A stretch of 63,900 nucleotides of DNA from a virus (Duplodnaviria; Caudoviricetes): the IMG/VR virus record IMGVR_UViG_3300022745_000034, positions 1 to 63,900 of that record. One strand, given 5' to 3'. The position numbers and the translations under genes were made by a program. Shown here piece after piece: positions 36,648 to 45,639 of this stretch. The notes under the pieces are model-generated. The model saw nothing but the letters and a program-made list of their open reading frames with translations. It made no database searches and had not been told where the DNA came from. Every line of letters begins with the position of its first letter. Position 1 is the first letter of the stretch.

Positions 36648-36997
36648 GCGCGCACAACCTTGAATGCTGCGTATGTGGAGCAGGTGCAGGCCGGTGGGAG
36701 CAACACTGGAACCGCGACACGGGCTATGGGATCTGCCCATCGTGCGTGGCCGAGCAATCTGGTCGGGAGAGTGAGGACGAAATGCGCGCCCTCTACGGCC
36801 TGCCCGGTGTGAACTATCGCCAGCCCATGGTCATGCTGGCCGGGCGCCGGTTCAAGTGCATGGCCACATTCCAAAACACCGACAACGGCACCAAGGCAGC
36901 CAACGCCTACATGGAGCGCACGCCTGGGGCTGCCGTGCTGCTGGTGGATGACTACATCTATTTGGCACACAAGGACGACAAAGGAGAACCCGTATGA
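36644..36997 (+). CDS. Hypothetical protein with CxxC...CxxC zinc motif
   Basis: CCVCG...QHWNRDTGYGICPSC; ATGA coupling. Confidence 0.65.
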   Translation: MSAHNLECCVCGAGAGRWEQHWNRDTGYGICPSCVAEQSGRESEDEMRALYGLPGVNYRQPMVMLAGRRFKCMATFQNTDNGTKAANAYMERTPGAAVLLVDDYIYLAHKDDKGEPV

Positions 36998-37167
36998 CCT
37001 CCCTCCTGAACTTCCTCAAGCCCTACACCGTGGTGGTGTTCTGGGATGGTGACGTGTACCGGCACCGCGCCTGGACGTTTTCCGAGGCGCTGGAGTGGAT
37101 GGCGTGCTACTCGGAGGGGCGGGCCAACGTGTTCAACCGCCGTGGTCAGTGGTTGGCCAGCCGTTGA
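36994..37167 (+). CDS. Small hypothetical protein (57 aa, not in ORF track)
   Basis: AAGGAG RBS, ATGA coupling; MTSLLNFLKPYTVVVFWDG... Confidence 0.55.
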   Translation: MTSLLNFLKPYTVVVFWDGDVYRHRAWTFSEALEWMACYSEGRANVFNRRGQWLASR

Positions 37168-37209
37168 TTTGTGCAAGTGAGTGAGTTTTTATCAACTAAG
37201 GAGCATTAA

Positions 37210-37473
37210 ATGAGTAAGAAAATAGATACAGGTGGACCGGCGTTCCCATTCGAGTACCACAACAAGACCGGTACCCGTCAGCCGGGATTCTTTGACACCG
37301 GCATTCTGCCCCCGGGGGCAAGCCAGCAGTTCGCGGGGCTTTCGCTGCGCGATTACTTCGCGGCCAAGGCGATGCAGGCGCTGGTTCATGAACAGCACAC
37401 AGCAGAAATGATCACGGTCATGGCGATGACCGCTTATGACTACGCCGACGCCATGCTGGAGGCCCGCCAATGA
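37210..37473 (+). CDS. Conserved hypothetical phage protein
   Basis: TGGPAFP...GLSLRDYFAAKAMQ...AYDYADAML, a widespread phage motif. Confidence 0.8.
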   Translation: MSKKIDTGGPAFPFEYHNKTGTRQPGFFDTGILPPGASQQFAGLSLRDYFAAKAMQALVHEQHTAEMITVMAMTAYDYADAMLEARQ

Positions 37474-37667
37474 CCGTAGACGAACTGCGCATAAAGCTGG
37501 CCGGTGTGCCAGGGCACTTACCGGTGGTGGTCGAAGACACCTTTGAAGATGAAGCATGCGGCGGTGTCGATACCCAGTACCTGCTTACGCTGGATGCGGA
37601 TCTGTCCGGTGTCCCTCAATGCGGTCGGGCATTCGTGATCGTTCTCGGTGAGGAAGGTGCGGCATGA
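37470..37667 (+). CDS. Hypothetical protein
   Basis: MTVDEL..KL...P..LPVVV; coupled. Confidence 0.55.
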   Translation: MTVDELRIKLAGVPGHLPVVVEDTFEDEACGGVDTQYLLTLDADLSGVPQCGRAFVIVLGEEGAA

Positions 37668-37891
37668 ACCGCGCCGTACTTCTCGACGGCTTGTTTGTCG
37701 TTGGCCGCTTCATCGTGCGAGGCCTCGCCCTGGTGGGGTTCTTCTCCCTGGTGGCCATGGCCAGCTACCTATACCACTCTGGCCAGCCCGCCAAGTTGGT
37801 CCGCGCGGGCGTGTGCATTAACTCAGCCTGCGAGGACTGCCCTATTAAACAAACGCGCTTCAAGCGCCATCAAGGAGTATGCAATGAATGA
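37664..37891 (+). CDS. Hypothetical membrane protein
   Basis: TM segment followed by a Cys cluster. Confidence 0.5.
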   Translation: MNRAVLLDGLFVVGRFIVRGLALVGFFSLVAMASYLYHSGQPAKLVRAGVCINSACEDCPIKQTRFKRHQGVCNE

Positions 37892-37979
37892 GGATTGGGA
37901 CTGGCTGCAAGACATGGCCTTTGCTTTTTGGATCATAGTTTTTGTCGTGGCTGCCATAGCAGCGGTCGGCGGTGTTTGA
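37884..37979 (+). CDS. Small membrane peptide (31 aa)
   Basis: AAGGAG RBS; single hydrophobic helix. Confidence 0.45.
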   Translation: MNEDWDWLQDMAFAFWIIVFVVAAIAAVGGV

Positions 37980-38539
37980 TGGATGGTGTGGAAATGATCC
38001 CTGCACACATAACCCGACTAATAACCTTCGCTCAAACCGGGCAACCTGCGGGCTATGCGGCCAGCGACATGATGCGCGCCGACCTTGAGGCGGTTTTGAT
38101 GCCGCCTGAGCGACTGACCAAGGTGGATGTGGAGCCGCCGCCCCCTCCATTCGGCAGTAAGCGCAAGGCGGCAATGGCTGTCTACACGCCTCCGTTCACC
38201 TACAAGTACGGATACATATACGACAGCCAAAACCTGATGGTCGCGGATAAAGGTTGTCTTGGAGAAGATGAACTCGGCGTAAAAGGTGCAGTTGCAGCGC
38301 GGGTGCGTGGTTGGGGTCGGCTTGGGTATTTACCAAACGGAGCAGAGCTTCAAGACGAAATAGGACAGATGATGGCTGATGCGTTAAATCAGCTTTACAG
38401 TGACCCCGCCTCCGCACTCGCAGCACTACGCCAAGAGAATGAAACGATGCGTGAGGTGTTAATGCAAGTTGTGGAAGCGTACCCGCTTGGCCGAGTAGCT
38501 GACGCTGCACGAACATTATTGAAAGTAAACAATGACTGA
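37979..38539 (+). CDS. Hypothetical protein
   Basis: Coupled ORF; YTPPF...GYIYD...RVRGWGRL.Y. Confidence 0.6.
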   Translation: MDGVEMIPAHITRLITFAQTGQPAGYAASDMMRADLEAVLMPPERLTKVDVEPPPPPFGSKRKAAMAVYTPPFTYKYGYIYDSQNLMVADKGCLGEDELGVKGAVAARVRGWGRLGYLPNGAELQDEIGQMMADALNQLYSDPASALAALRQENETMREVLMQVVEAYPLGRVADAARTLLKVNND

Positions 38540-38930
38540 CACCTACGACTTCCTGAAAGCACAAAAAGACGCCATCCTTGCAAAGCGAGAAGCAGAGCAA
38601 CATGAGTGGCTGCAAGCTGCGCTAGACGACATCGAAATGTACAAGCGCCAACTCGCTGAAGCACAGGCAGAGAACAAACAGCTTGCCGAATTTGTTGTGG
38701 AAGTCGGTGGGTTCTGGGGCAATACCAAATCAGTGCTGGTCGGGGGAGACTCCCTTGCTGCAACGATTAACAAATGCTTTGAGGGGTATGAAGCTGCGTT
38801 GGCAGAGAACAAGCGACTGCAAACCGCACTAAATGAACTGTGCGCTTGGCGCGATGGCGATGTAGGCGGCCACATGGATGAGCCTCACGCCGCCATGGTT
38901 GCCCGTGCAGCCCTGCAAGCGAAATCCTGA
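38532..38930 (+). CDS. Coiled-coil hypothetical protein
   Basis: Heptad pattern; ends ARAAL. Confidence 0.55.
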   Translation: MTDTYDFLKAQKDAILAKREAEQHEWLQAALDDIEMYKRQLAEAQAENKQLAEFVVEVGGFWGNTKSVLVGGDSLAATINKCFEGYEAALAENKRLQTALNELCAWRDGDVGGHMDEPHAAMVARAALQAKS

Positions 38931-39352
38931 TGGCCGAAATGAAATTCACCAAGACCGAGGCAAAGAGGAAGATCGACCTGATTCTGAGTCTGTTGCGTGT
39001 TGTGCCCATGCACACACACGACTTGGCCGAGCTTATTCCAATGTCTAGGCGCTGGACACTTACCTATGTCAAACACCTGCACCAGAATCGGCGCATCTAC
39101 ATCCTGCGCTGGGAGAAGCACATAGCCCAAAGGGCCAAGCGCCACGCCGTCCCAGTTTACGCGCCAGGGCGCCGGCCTGACGCACCCAAGCCAGAAGCCG
39201 ACACCGATGAAGTTGTCTACCAACGGGCCTGGAACCGCCTGAAATCTGACCCCGACCGGCACGGGGATCTGCTGGCCAAGCGCAGAGTAAGGCGCCGGCT
39301 TCGCAACCTTCGGCCAGATCCGGCTGCCGCATGGATATTCCCAACAAAATGA
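38930..39352 (+). CDS. Winged-helix/basic hypothetical protein
   Basis: HDLAELIPMSRR...YVKHLH..RRIYI.RW...PVYA.G..PDAPKP. Confidence 0.6.
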   Translation: MAEMKFTKTEAKRKIDLILSLLRVVPMHTHDLAELIPMSRRWTLTYVKHLHQNRRIYILRWEKHIAQRAKRHAVPVYAPGRRPDAPKPEADTDEVVYQRAWNRLKSDPDRHGDLLAKRRVRRRLRNLRPDPAAAWIFPTK

Positions 39353-39654
39353 TGTTTTCTAACCTATCTGCTTACTTTACCTGCGCCCAAGTTGCCGAAC
39401 GTGAGGGTCTTAGCCGCCAGTCAATAGCCAGAATGTGCCGCAATGAGGCTATTTTCCCGGTGATGAAGCACGGAGGCCAGTGGCTTATCGACCGTGGTTA
39501 TGTCATTGCCCCCTCGATTGGAACGCCAGGGCGACCGCGAAAGCCAAAGCCAGTGCCAAACAGAGGCCGAGGCAGGCCAAAGGGCGTAAAGAACAGGCGA
39601 CCCTACCCAGTTGGGGTTAAGCGCCCACGGAAGAAAACTACTTCTCAGGTTTGA
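39349..39654 (+). CDS. HTH protein with AT-hook motifs
   Basis: AQVAEREGLSRQSIARMC HTH; PGRPRK and RGRGRPK. Confidence 0.65.
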   Translation: MMFSNLSAYFTCAQVAEREGLSRQSIARMCRNEAIFPVMKHGGQWLIDRGYVIAPSIGTPGRPRKPKPVPNRGRGRPKGVKNRRPYPVGVKRPRKKTTSQV

Positions 39655-39823
39655 CTTCAATTTTGTTTGCACCATGAAGCACAAAAGCGGCTCCGGTCCA
39701 CCTATCTAACAAGTATGCCCCGCCCCACCTATCAGATCCATTGGAAACGGTAGCCATGTCCCAGCGGAATAGCCATGCAAAAAAGATCGCGCAAGCAATC
39801 AACAATGGAATGATCTGTTTCAT
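39638..39823 (-). CDS. Small membrane-anchored protein (moron-like)
   Basis: MKQIIPLLIACAIFFAWLFRWD...LLDRWTG; low GC. Confidence 0.55.
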   Translation of the reverse strand: MKQIIPLLIACAIFFAWLFRWDMATVSNGSDRWGGAYLLDRWTGAAFVLHGANKIEVKPEK

Positions 39824-39917
39824 TGTGATTTTGAGTAAGTTGAAATTGCGGATCATATTCTCTGTCTCAAAAGGGACAAAAACAATATCAACGCAGTAAA
39901 GAGAGGAAATCGCGAAT

Positions 39918-40091
39918 ATGCCCAATAACAAGAATCCGCTTATCGGAGAAACGACCAAGGACACAATAGAAAACGTATCGGAGGCACTCAACGCACTCCT
40001 TGTCTTAATGTCAGTAAGCCACAGCGCAATATGCAGGTTAATTGAACCACTGGCCCATGCGCTAGAACATGCTGCAAATCAGGATGAATAA
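39918..40091 (+). CDS. Small hypothetical protein (57 aa, not in ORF track)
   Basis: GAGAGG RBS; MPNNKNPLIGET...; ends at a terminator. Confidence 0.5.
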   Translation: MPNNKNPLIGETTKDTIENVSEALNALLVLMSVSHSAICRLIEPLAHALEHAANQDE

Positions 40092-40115
40092 AAAAGGGGC
40101 CGATTGGCCCCTTTC
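40089..40115. terminator. Bidirectional terminator
   Basis: AAAAAGGGGCC-GATT-GGCCCCTTT between convergent genes. Confidence 0.85.
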
Positions 40116-42530
40116 TCATTCGTCCATAGGGAAGTACACATTCCCCGCATAGTTCCACATCGTCCCAGGCGACACCCCTATCACATTGGCTTCGGCGGCA
40201 GTCTCCATAAGCTCCTTGAACTGACGCGCCGACATGGCCATGAGCTTGAGCAATTTTGAGTGCGGCATGCCACCCTGGGCGCAGATGCTGCCAAACCGGG
40301 CGTCCTTCGCATACTTCTTAGCAGCCTTGATGTACTTGATTGCCTTCTTGATGTCGGCATCGGTCTGGCTGTCAACGCGCTCACGCCGCACCGAGCGTAT
40401 CAGTTCAATGTCGTAGTGACGCACGTACTGGATGGCCCATTCGAGGTGGGACGGAAGCACCTTGCGTGCATGCGGGTCGGATGCCTTGGCCACGATCATG
40501 GCCAGACGCATGGACTTCTCCATGGTTCGGCCCAAGATCACGTCCAGCCCCTCGCCTTCTGCGGCCTCCTTCTCATCATTGAGTTCGGATTCGAGCGCCA
40601 GCATCATCGGCATGCACGACTCATCGAACTCAAGTGCGATGATGGTGGCGGGCATTTCGGCTGGGTTCACGTCGGCCAGATTACCCTGCACAGCCCCAGA
40701 CGTGTGCACCGCCTTGCACCACTCCACAATCCGGGGTGGCGGCTCCGTTCGGTCCACAAAGCGGGTCAACTGGCGCGGCTGCTTGGATTCGACCACAATG
40801 CACCGGCCCAAGAAACCGTCCTGCACCAAGTCGGTTGTCAATGCCGCGTAGAACGTGCCGGGGGTTGTGGCGCCCAGCAACGAAATGGCCGGGTTGTGCA
40901 CCACGCGCTCGATGTTGGTGGTCTGGCTCTTGGAGAGCGTCATCTTTGAATAGGTCGGCGGGCGCATCACGCCATCGAGCCGCCCGAATGCCTCAATCAG
41001 CTTGTCAATGGCCGCCTCAGAATGGGCCTGACCGTTGGCCCGGGACATCTTGAGCAACTTGCCTAGCTCGTCGATGGTGGCCAAGTGGGAAGGACTATCG
41101 AGCAACGCGCTAAACACCGCGCCGGCCGACGTGTAGCCCGAGCCGCCAATGAGCTTGCCCAGGTCAGCCGCCGTGAGGATCTTCTCGCAGCAGCCTTGCG
41201 GGTGCTCCTTACCTTCGGTGGACTTGGCCACCATGACCATATAGAGGCTGGTGAAGTTGCCGTACTGGCTGCGATACGTGCGCCCCATGATGACCGAGCC
41301 CAGTGCAATGGCAGCTGCCACGCTCAATTCGGGCTGTTGCTTAGGCGCCGTAGCCGTGATCCAGCGCGAAATGTCGCCCAGGATGCCGGGTGGATTGGCA
41401 ATGAATGCCGGAATGGCAGGAGCCGGGTCAATGCTTGTTTGTGGCGGGAGCATCACCGGAGCAACCGGTGCGGCAGGCTTGAGCCAGGGCAGTGTTACCG
41501 GTGGTGTTGGGAGTGGTGCTACTGGGGGGGTTAGCTGAACCGGCTTTGCTCCACCGACTGTCAGTGTGATTGGAGCCGGTTCATTGAGCGCCAAGCATGA
41601 GCGCAAAACTTCTGCGGCCTTCTGGAACGTCAGCCCATTGGCGAACATGATGATGTCGATTGGCGTCATGCCATACCCGCCACCCCAATCGCGAATGCCC
41701 TGCGGGTTGATGCCAACATTCGGATTCTTGACGCCGCGCCACGTCGCAATGCACCGATACCCATCGTTATGGGGTTTGGCCGTGGGAATGAGCTTTGTCA
41801 CCCAGTCATCAAGGCGGTTGAGTGCTGCCTTATTCAAGTCGCGGAAGTATTCAGCCTGGATAGACAGATCGGTATTGATCTTGTCGCCATCTTCTTTTGG
41901 CGTGTGCGTCTTCTTCTGGTGCTTGATGTCGGGCTCTGTCTGGTACGGCTCCAGCACGCGCGCCACCTGATCCAGAAAGTCGGCCGGCAATTTCGGCAGT
42001 TCATTGGTGGTCAGAATCGAATCAAGTGATTCCTCAGTGATCCACACATAGCTGCACCCGCTTGGGTGTGTCGTTGGCGGGATCACCGTCTGACGACCTT
42101 CGGCCAGGACATCGAGCACTCGGGCCCCACCCACATCAAAGCTGCATGACCGCTCGCCGTTGTACTGGTAGAAACGGGTCCAGCCCTTCTCCCCTTTCTT
42201 GGCTATGGGGCTAAACGGAATGATGGCCTGGAGCGCGTCATTGCCGCCGTTTGGGATGTCATAGTCCTTGTCCAAGCACGTCAGGTTCGACACCTCGCCA
42301 AGCACGACGCCAATGCCCGCATCGGGCCATGTGTACCAGTGCTCTAACTCAATCTCGGTAGGCAAACGCTTTGCAAAGCGCGTCCAGTCTCCCATGCCGC
42401 GCCAGCCGTGTTCTTGTGACCATGCTCCGGGCTTTTTGCTGCCTGGAGCGATTGGCACCACGCTGATACCGCGCTCTATGAACTTCCATGCGAACTGCTG
42501 GAATACTGATTCCGTCTTTACTTCTGTCAT
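40116..42530 (-). CDS. Bifunctional DNA primase/polymerase with C-terminal DUF3987-like NTPase
   Basis: GISVVPI.PGSKKP, GIGVVLG..L..LD.D, QTVIPPT.HP.G..Y.W; AKSTEGKE, IDELG, SLLGATTP, DGFLGR. Confidence 0.88.
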   Translation of the reverse strand: MTEVKTESVFQQFAWKFIERGISVVPIAPGSKKPGAWSQEHGWRGMGDWTRFAKRLPTEIELEHWYTWPDAGIGVVLGEVSNLTCLDKDYDIPNGGNDALQAIIPFSPIAKKGEKGWTRFYQYNGERSCSFDVGGARVLDVLAEGRQTVIPPTTHPSGCSYVWITEESLDSILTTNELPKLPADFLDQVARVLEPYQTEPDIKHQKKTHTPKEDGDKINTDLSIQAEYFRDLNKAALNRLDDWVTKLIPTAKPHNDGYRCIATWRGVKNPNVGINPQGIRDWGGGYGMTPIDIIMFANGLTFQKAAEVLRSCLALNEPAPITLTVGGAKPVQLTPPVAPLPTPPVTLPWLKPAAPVAPVMLPPQTSIDPAPAIPAFIANPPGILGDISRWITATAPKQQPELSVAAAIALGSVIMGRTYRSQYGNFTSLYMVMVAKSTEGKEHPQGCCEKILTAADLGKLIGGSGYTSAGAVFSALLDSPSHLATIDELGKLLKMSRANGQAHSEAAIDKLIEAFGRLDGVMRPPTYSKMTLSKSQTTNIERVVHNPAISLLGATTPGTFYAALTTDLVQDGFLGRCIVVESKQPRQLTRFVDRTEPPPRIVEWCKAVHTSGAVQGNLADVNPAEMPATIIALEFDESCMPMMLALESELNDEKEAAEGEGLDVILGRTMEKSMRLAMIVAKASDPHARKVLPSHLEWAIQYVRHYDIELIRSVRRERVDSQTDADIKKAIKYIKAAKKYAKDARFGSICAQGGMPHSKLLKLMAMSARQFKELMETAAEANVIGVSPGTMWNYAGNVYFPMDE

Positions 42531-42541
42531 GCAACCTACTT

Positions 42542-42691
42542 TTATTTTTCACTGCAATTGCAGTTGCGCCCCTGATTGCAGTTGCCACTGCACTCGCTAC
42601 CCTTCTCGGACGGATGTCTGGCCATGTGAGCAAGGCTAATCAGCACCACCCCAGCAAGCACACCTATTCCCAGCCCGATCAATAACCACAT
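42542..42691 (-). CDS. Small membrane protein with Cys-rich CNQGRxC tail (49 aa, not in ORF track)
   Basis: MWLLIGLGIGVLAGVVLISLAH...CSGNCNQGRNCNC; GGAGG RBS. Confidence 0.6.
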   Translation of the reverse strand: MWLLIGLGIGVLAGVVLISLAHMARHPSEKGSECSGNCNQGRNCNCSEK

Positions 42692-42693
42692 GG

Positions 42694-43176
42694 CTACGCC
42701 TCCGCACGCTCGATCACCCGAGCACGTTTTGATTTGATTTCGATGCGCACCAGTTCGATGGCCGACTCAAGTTCGGCTATGGTGCATTGGTTTAACTGCT
42801 CGTCATGGATGCCAAGCGCAAGATTGACGGCCTGCATTTCTGGCCCGGTGAATACGAAACGGTTTCCTCGCTCTACCCCCCGGCGCGTCATGTGCAACAG
42901 TGCGTCATGCGCCTGCCTTATCTCGTCAGCCCAATCCTTGCCCAGATCCGCACGCACTCGGTAAAGAGCTTCGGTGATATTGAGCGCGGCGATCAGAATG
43001 TCGATGTGATCGCGCGTTCCCCTGCCCTGCACAACCTCAGTCATTGCCGAATGGTTCTTGGAAACCAACAGCATGTGCTCGTCCTTGACGCTGCGCATTG
43101 GCTTGAGCCCAGTAACTACCCAGTTCACCGCGTCCAACCTCACCCCCTTGGGACGATACTTAGAGCGTTTGCGCAT
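42694..43176 (-). CDS. Conserved hypothetical protein
   Basis: MRKRSKYRPK...HDEQL..CT..ELE.A. Confidence 0.7.
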   Translation of the reverse strand: MRKRSKYRPKGVRLDAVNWVVTGLKPMRSVKDEHMLLVSKNHSAMTEVVQGRGTRDHIDILIAALNITEALYRVRADLGKDWADEIRQAHDALLHMTRRGVERGNRFVFTGPEMQAVNLALGIHDEQLNQCTIAELESAIELVRIEIKSKRARVIERAEA

Positions 43177-43333
43177 TGGCATCCTTGCGATAGACGCGCT
43201 TGCCGCCAATCAGACTGGGAATCTTTAAGTGGTCATCTGCGCCACGGCGCACGGGGGTAAGGTTCTTGGCAGAGTATTTGCCCTTGAACTCAACAATGCG
43301 CGCACCCGCGACTGTTGGGATTTTTTCTGACAT
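43160..43333 (-). CDS. Small hypothetical protein
   Basis: AAGGAG RBS; RRGADDHLKIPSL.GG.RVY. Confidence 0.55.
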   Translation of the reverse strand: MSEKIPTVAGARIVEFKGKYSAKNLTPVRRGADDHLKIPSLIGGKRVYRKDANAQTL

Positions 43334-43335
43334 CG

Positions 43336-43566
43336 CTACTCCTTGTGCTGAACCATGTCGGGGCGGACTACGGCCAGGGGGAGGCCTGCCAGGATGGCTA
43401 TCTTTTGGGCATGCGCAGAAGGAATGCGACGGTTCCACTTGGTGACGGTCTGGACCGAGATACCCAACTTGCGCGCTACTGCACCCTTGCCACCAGCCAT
43501 TCCAAGCACCCCTTCAACGGTGAACCCGACCGGTTCATCCGATCTAAGTGATTGATCTTTTGTCAT
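43336..43566 (-). CDS. cro: Cro-like HTH regulator
   Basis: GGKGAVARKLGISVQTVTKW.RRIP...RPD; divergent from the repressor. Confidence 0.85.
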   Translation of the reverse strand: MTKDQSLRSDEPVGFTVEGVLGMAGGKGAVARKLGISVQTVTKWNRRIPSAHAQKIAILAGLPLAVVRPDMVQHKE

Positions 43567-43688
43567 TTGTACCCATATGCGTTGAGAAAAAGTTAACTTT
43601 ATCTTAAATCAACAACACGAGCAAGGTTGTTGATTTCTCGATCTGGGTGTAATGTCAGAAGTTAGCGAACGAACGAACGAGGTGCCGA

Positions 43689-44312
43689 ATGACAGTCCTA
43701 TCCCAGCGCCTGCGCGCAGCCCGCAACGCCATCACGCCAGCCATATCTCAACGCGACGTGGCCAAGCGCTTGAACCTGTCTCCCAGCGCCATCAACCTGT
43801 GGGAGTCTGGCAAGACGGAGCCCAGCGCCACGGACCTCGCGGAGCTTGCCAAGTGGTTTAACGTCAGCACCGATTGGCTACTTGGCGTCGAGTCAACGAT
43901 GCCCGTTCAAAAGCGATTCAAGACTGACCCGCCACTGTGGACCGTGCCGGTTGTCACTCCTATGTCGCTGGTACGCTGGCACTGGGAAGCTGCGACGGAA
44001 TTGCTTCAAACAGAAGTAGCATACCCACCACAAACGGCGGCCGCGATACTGGTGTCGAGCGACGCCTTGGCCAGCACCTGCCCCACCGGTTGCTATGCCG
44101 TAGTTTCCAAGGGTCATGATGTCGAGCCTGGGCAAATCGTCATGGCTTCTATCGGCAAAGCAGCCGATCCAGTCCTACGCAAATACGTGCGCGAAGGCAG
44201 CGCCGGATTGCTTCTGGCCGACGATATGCGCTACCCCTCCTACAAGATGGAAACCGGCGTGAAGATCATTGGGCGCGTGACAGAAATCACAGTTCGCCGC
44301 GTCCTGCACTAA
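43689..44312 (+). CDS. cI: CI-like repressor (XRE HTH plus degenerate S24 domain)
   Basis: SQRDVAKRLNLSPSAINLWESGKTEP...STDWLLG; C-terminal S24-like fold ending KIIGRV. Confidence 0.88.
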   Translation: MTVLSQRLRAARNAITPAISQRDVAKRLNLSPSAINLWESGKTEPSATDLAELAKWFNVSTDWLLGVESTMPVQKRFKTDPPLWTVPVVTPMSLVRWHWEAATELLQTEVAYPPQTAAAILVSSDALASTCPTGCYAVVSKGHDVEPGQIVMASIGKAADPVLRKYVREGSAGLLLADDMRYPSYKMETGVKIIGRVTEITVRRVLH

Positions 44313-44366
44313 TTTTTTTGCGGCCTGTTGCGGCTCAGCAACTCGCCGTATTTTTTTTCTTGTCGT

Positions 44367-44421
44367 ATTGAGTTTTACTCAATTTTCGATATAGTCGCAA
44401 TCTCGTTTAGTTTTTCTCAAC
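44367..44421 (+). promoter_or_regulatory. Two operator copies upstream of the early recombination operon
   Basis: ATTGAGTTTTACTCAAT at 44367 and GTTTAGTTTTTCTCAAC at 44405. Confidence 0.7.
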
Positions 44422-44442
44422 CCGTAACGAAGGAGCGATTTA

Positions 44443-44535
44443 ATGAAAATCTTGATTCGGCTGTACCGGTTCTACCGCAGCCTAGGCTACTCGGTGCGCG
44501 TATCCGCTGCGCGTGCCTGGAGGATGGTGGCATGA
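44443..44535 (+). CDS. Small basic peptide (30 aa)
   Basis: AAGGAG RBS; ATGA-coupled to the next gene. Confidence 0.45.
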   Translation: MKILIRLYRFYRSLGYSVRVSAARAWRMVA

Positions 44536-44906
44536 CCCTCGAAGAACTGTCCGCAAAGTGGCTGGCCGCCAAGAAGGCCGAAAACGTGGCAAACAAAGAG
44601 CGCCTTGCCATCGAAGACCAGATCGTGGAACTCACCGGCAAGCGCGACGAAGGCAGTAAGACCATTGATGCCACCGGCTTCAAGGTCACGGTTACCGGAA
44701 AGATCAGCCGAAAGATGGACTGGGAAAAGTGGGAAGCCGTCAAGGCCCAGATCCACCCGAACCTACACCCCGTTAAGTACAAGCCCGAACTCGATGAGAA
44801 AGGCGTGAAGTACCTCCAAGCCAATGAGCCAGCAATCTATGCGCTGTTACCCATTGAAGTCAAACCGGCCAAAACGGCTATCGAAGTGAAAGCAGTAGAA
44901 GTATGA
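44532..44906 (+). CDS. Conserved hypothetical protein
   Basis: MTLEELSAKWLAAKKAE...R..IED; typically found upstream of Sak4 modules. Confidence 0.7.
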   Translation: MTLEELSAKWLAAKKAENVANKERLAIEDQIVELTGKRDEGSKTIDATGFKVTVTGKISRKMDWEKWEAVKAQIHPNLHPVKYKPELDEKGVKYLQANEPAIYALLPIEVKPAKTAIEVKAVEV

Positions 44907-45136
44907 GAGCAGTAAAAGCAAAGGCATTGCGCAGGGCATTGGGTTTCAAGCCGCGCGCTGAACGTGAGTACAACGTGCCGGCCACTCGCGCGGTGCATGG
45001 TAATGATGGCAAGCCAAAAGGCTGGATCACCGGCACCATCACATGCAAGGGCGTGCGCGGCCAGTACAAGAAGATCAAGCGTCACCGTGTTCTAACTGCC
45101 GCCATCCTGCGTGCTGGCATTGCGGGAGCCCTGTAA
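44903..45136 (+). CDS. Basic hypothetical protein
   Basis: Coupled ORF. Confidence 0.5.
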   Translation: MRAVKAKALRRALGFKPRAEREYNVPATRAVHGNDGKPKGWITGTITCKGVRGQYKKIKRHRVLTAAILRAGIAGAL

Positions 45137-45396
45137 TGGCCCACCAACAACTTACCGAAGAACAGGCCTTTGCGGAAACTAAAGCTCTGTTGAATGTGAT
45201 GGGCGAGTCCATGACCAAATTCGTAGAAAAGCACGGAATGAAGGATGGCATACCTTCTGCGTGCTTTGTTTGCGCAGAACTGCTGGGTTGTGCATTGGCT
45301 GGAATACGTCCTGAGAATCGCCTGGACACGTTGACTAAGTGCTTGGAAGTCGTTGCGTCAGCCATGATAGCCGTCGGCAGCAAGGAGGGAATGTAA
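45136..45396 (+). CDS. Hypothetical protein
   Basis: TAATG coupling. Confidence 0.5.
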   Translation: MAHQQLTEEQAFAETKALLNVMGESMTKFVEKHGMKDGIPSACFVCAELLGCALAGIRPENRLDTLTKCLEVVASAMIAVGSKEGM

Positions 45397-45617
45397 TGGC
45401 CAAAGCAACCATCACCATCGAAGATAACGCCGACGGAACCATCAATATTGGCGCCTACTTTGGCGAGGCTATTGACGACGAAAGCAACGCCCACGGAATG
45501 GCCCAAGTGCTGCTGCAAAGCGTACTTGCCAACGCAAAGACGTTTCAGACGCTGGAAGACACGGCGCCCGAGCACAACGTAGAGCCTAGCAGGATCATCA
45601 CCACCGACTCCATTTAA
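45396..45617 (+). CDS. Hypothetical protein
   Basis: MAKATITIED..DG; AGGAGG RBS. Confidence 0.6.
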   Translation: MAKATITIEDNADGTINIGAYFGEAIDDESNAHGMAQVLLQSVLANAKTFQTLEDTAPEHNVEPSRIITTDSI

Positions 45618-45639
45618 CGAACGAACGAAAGAACTACCC

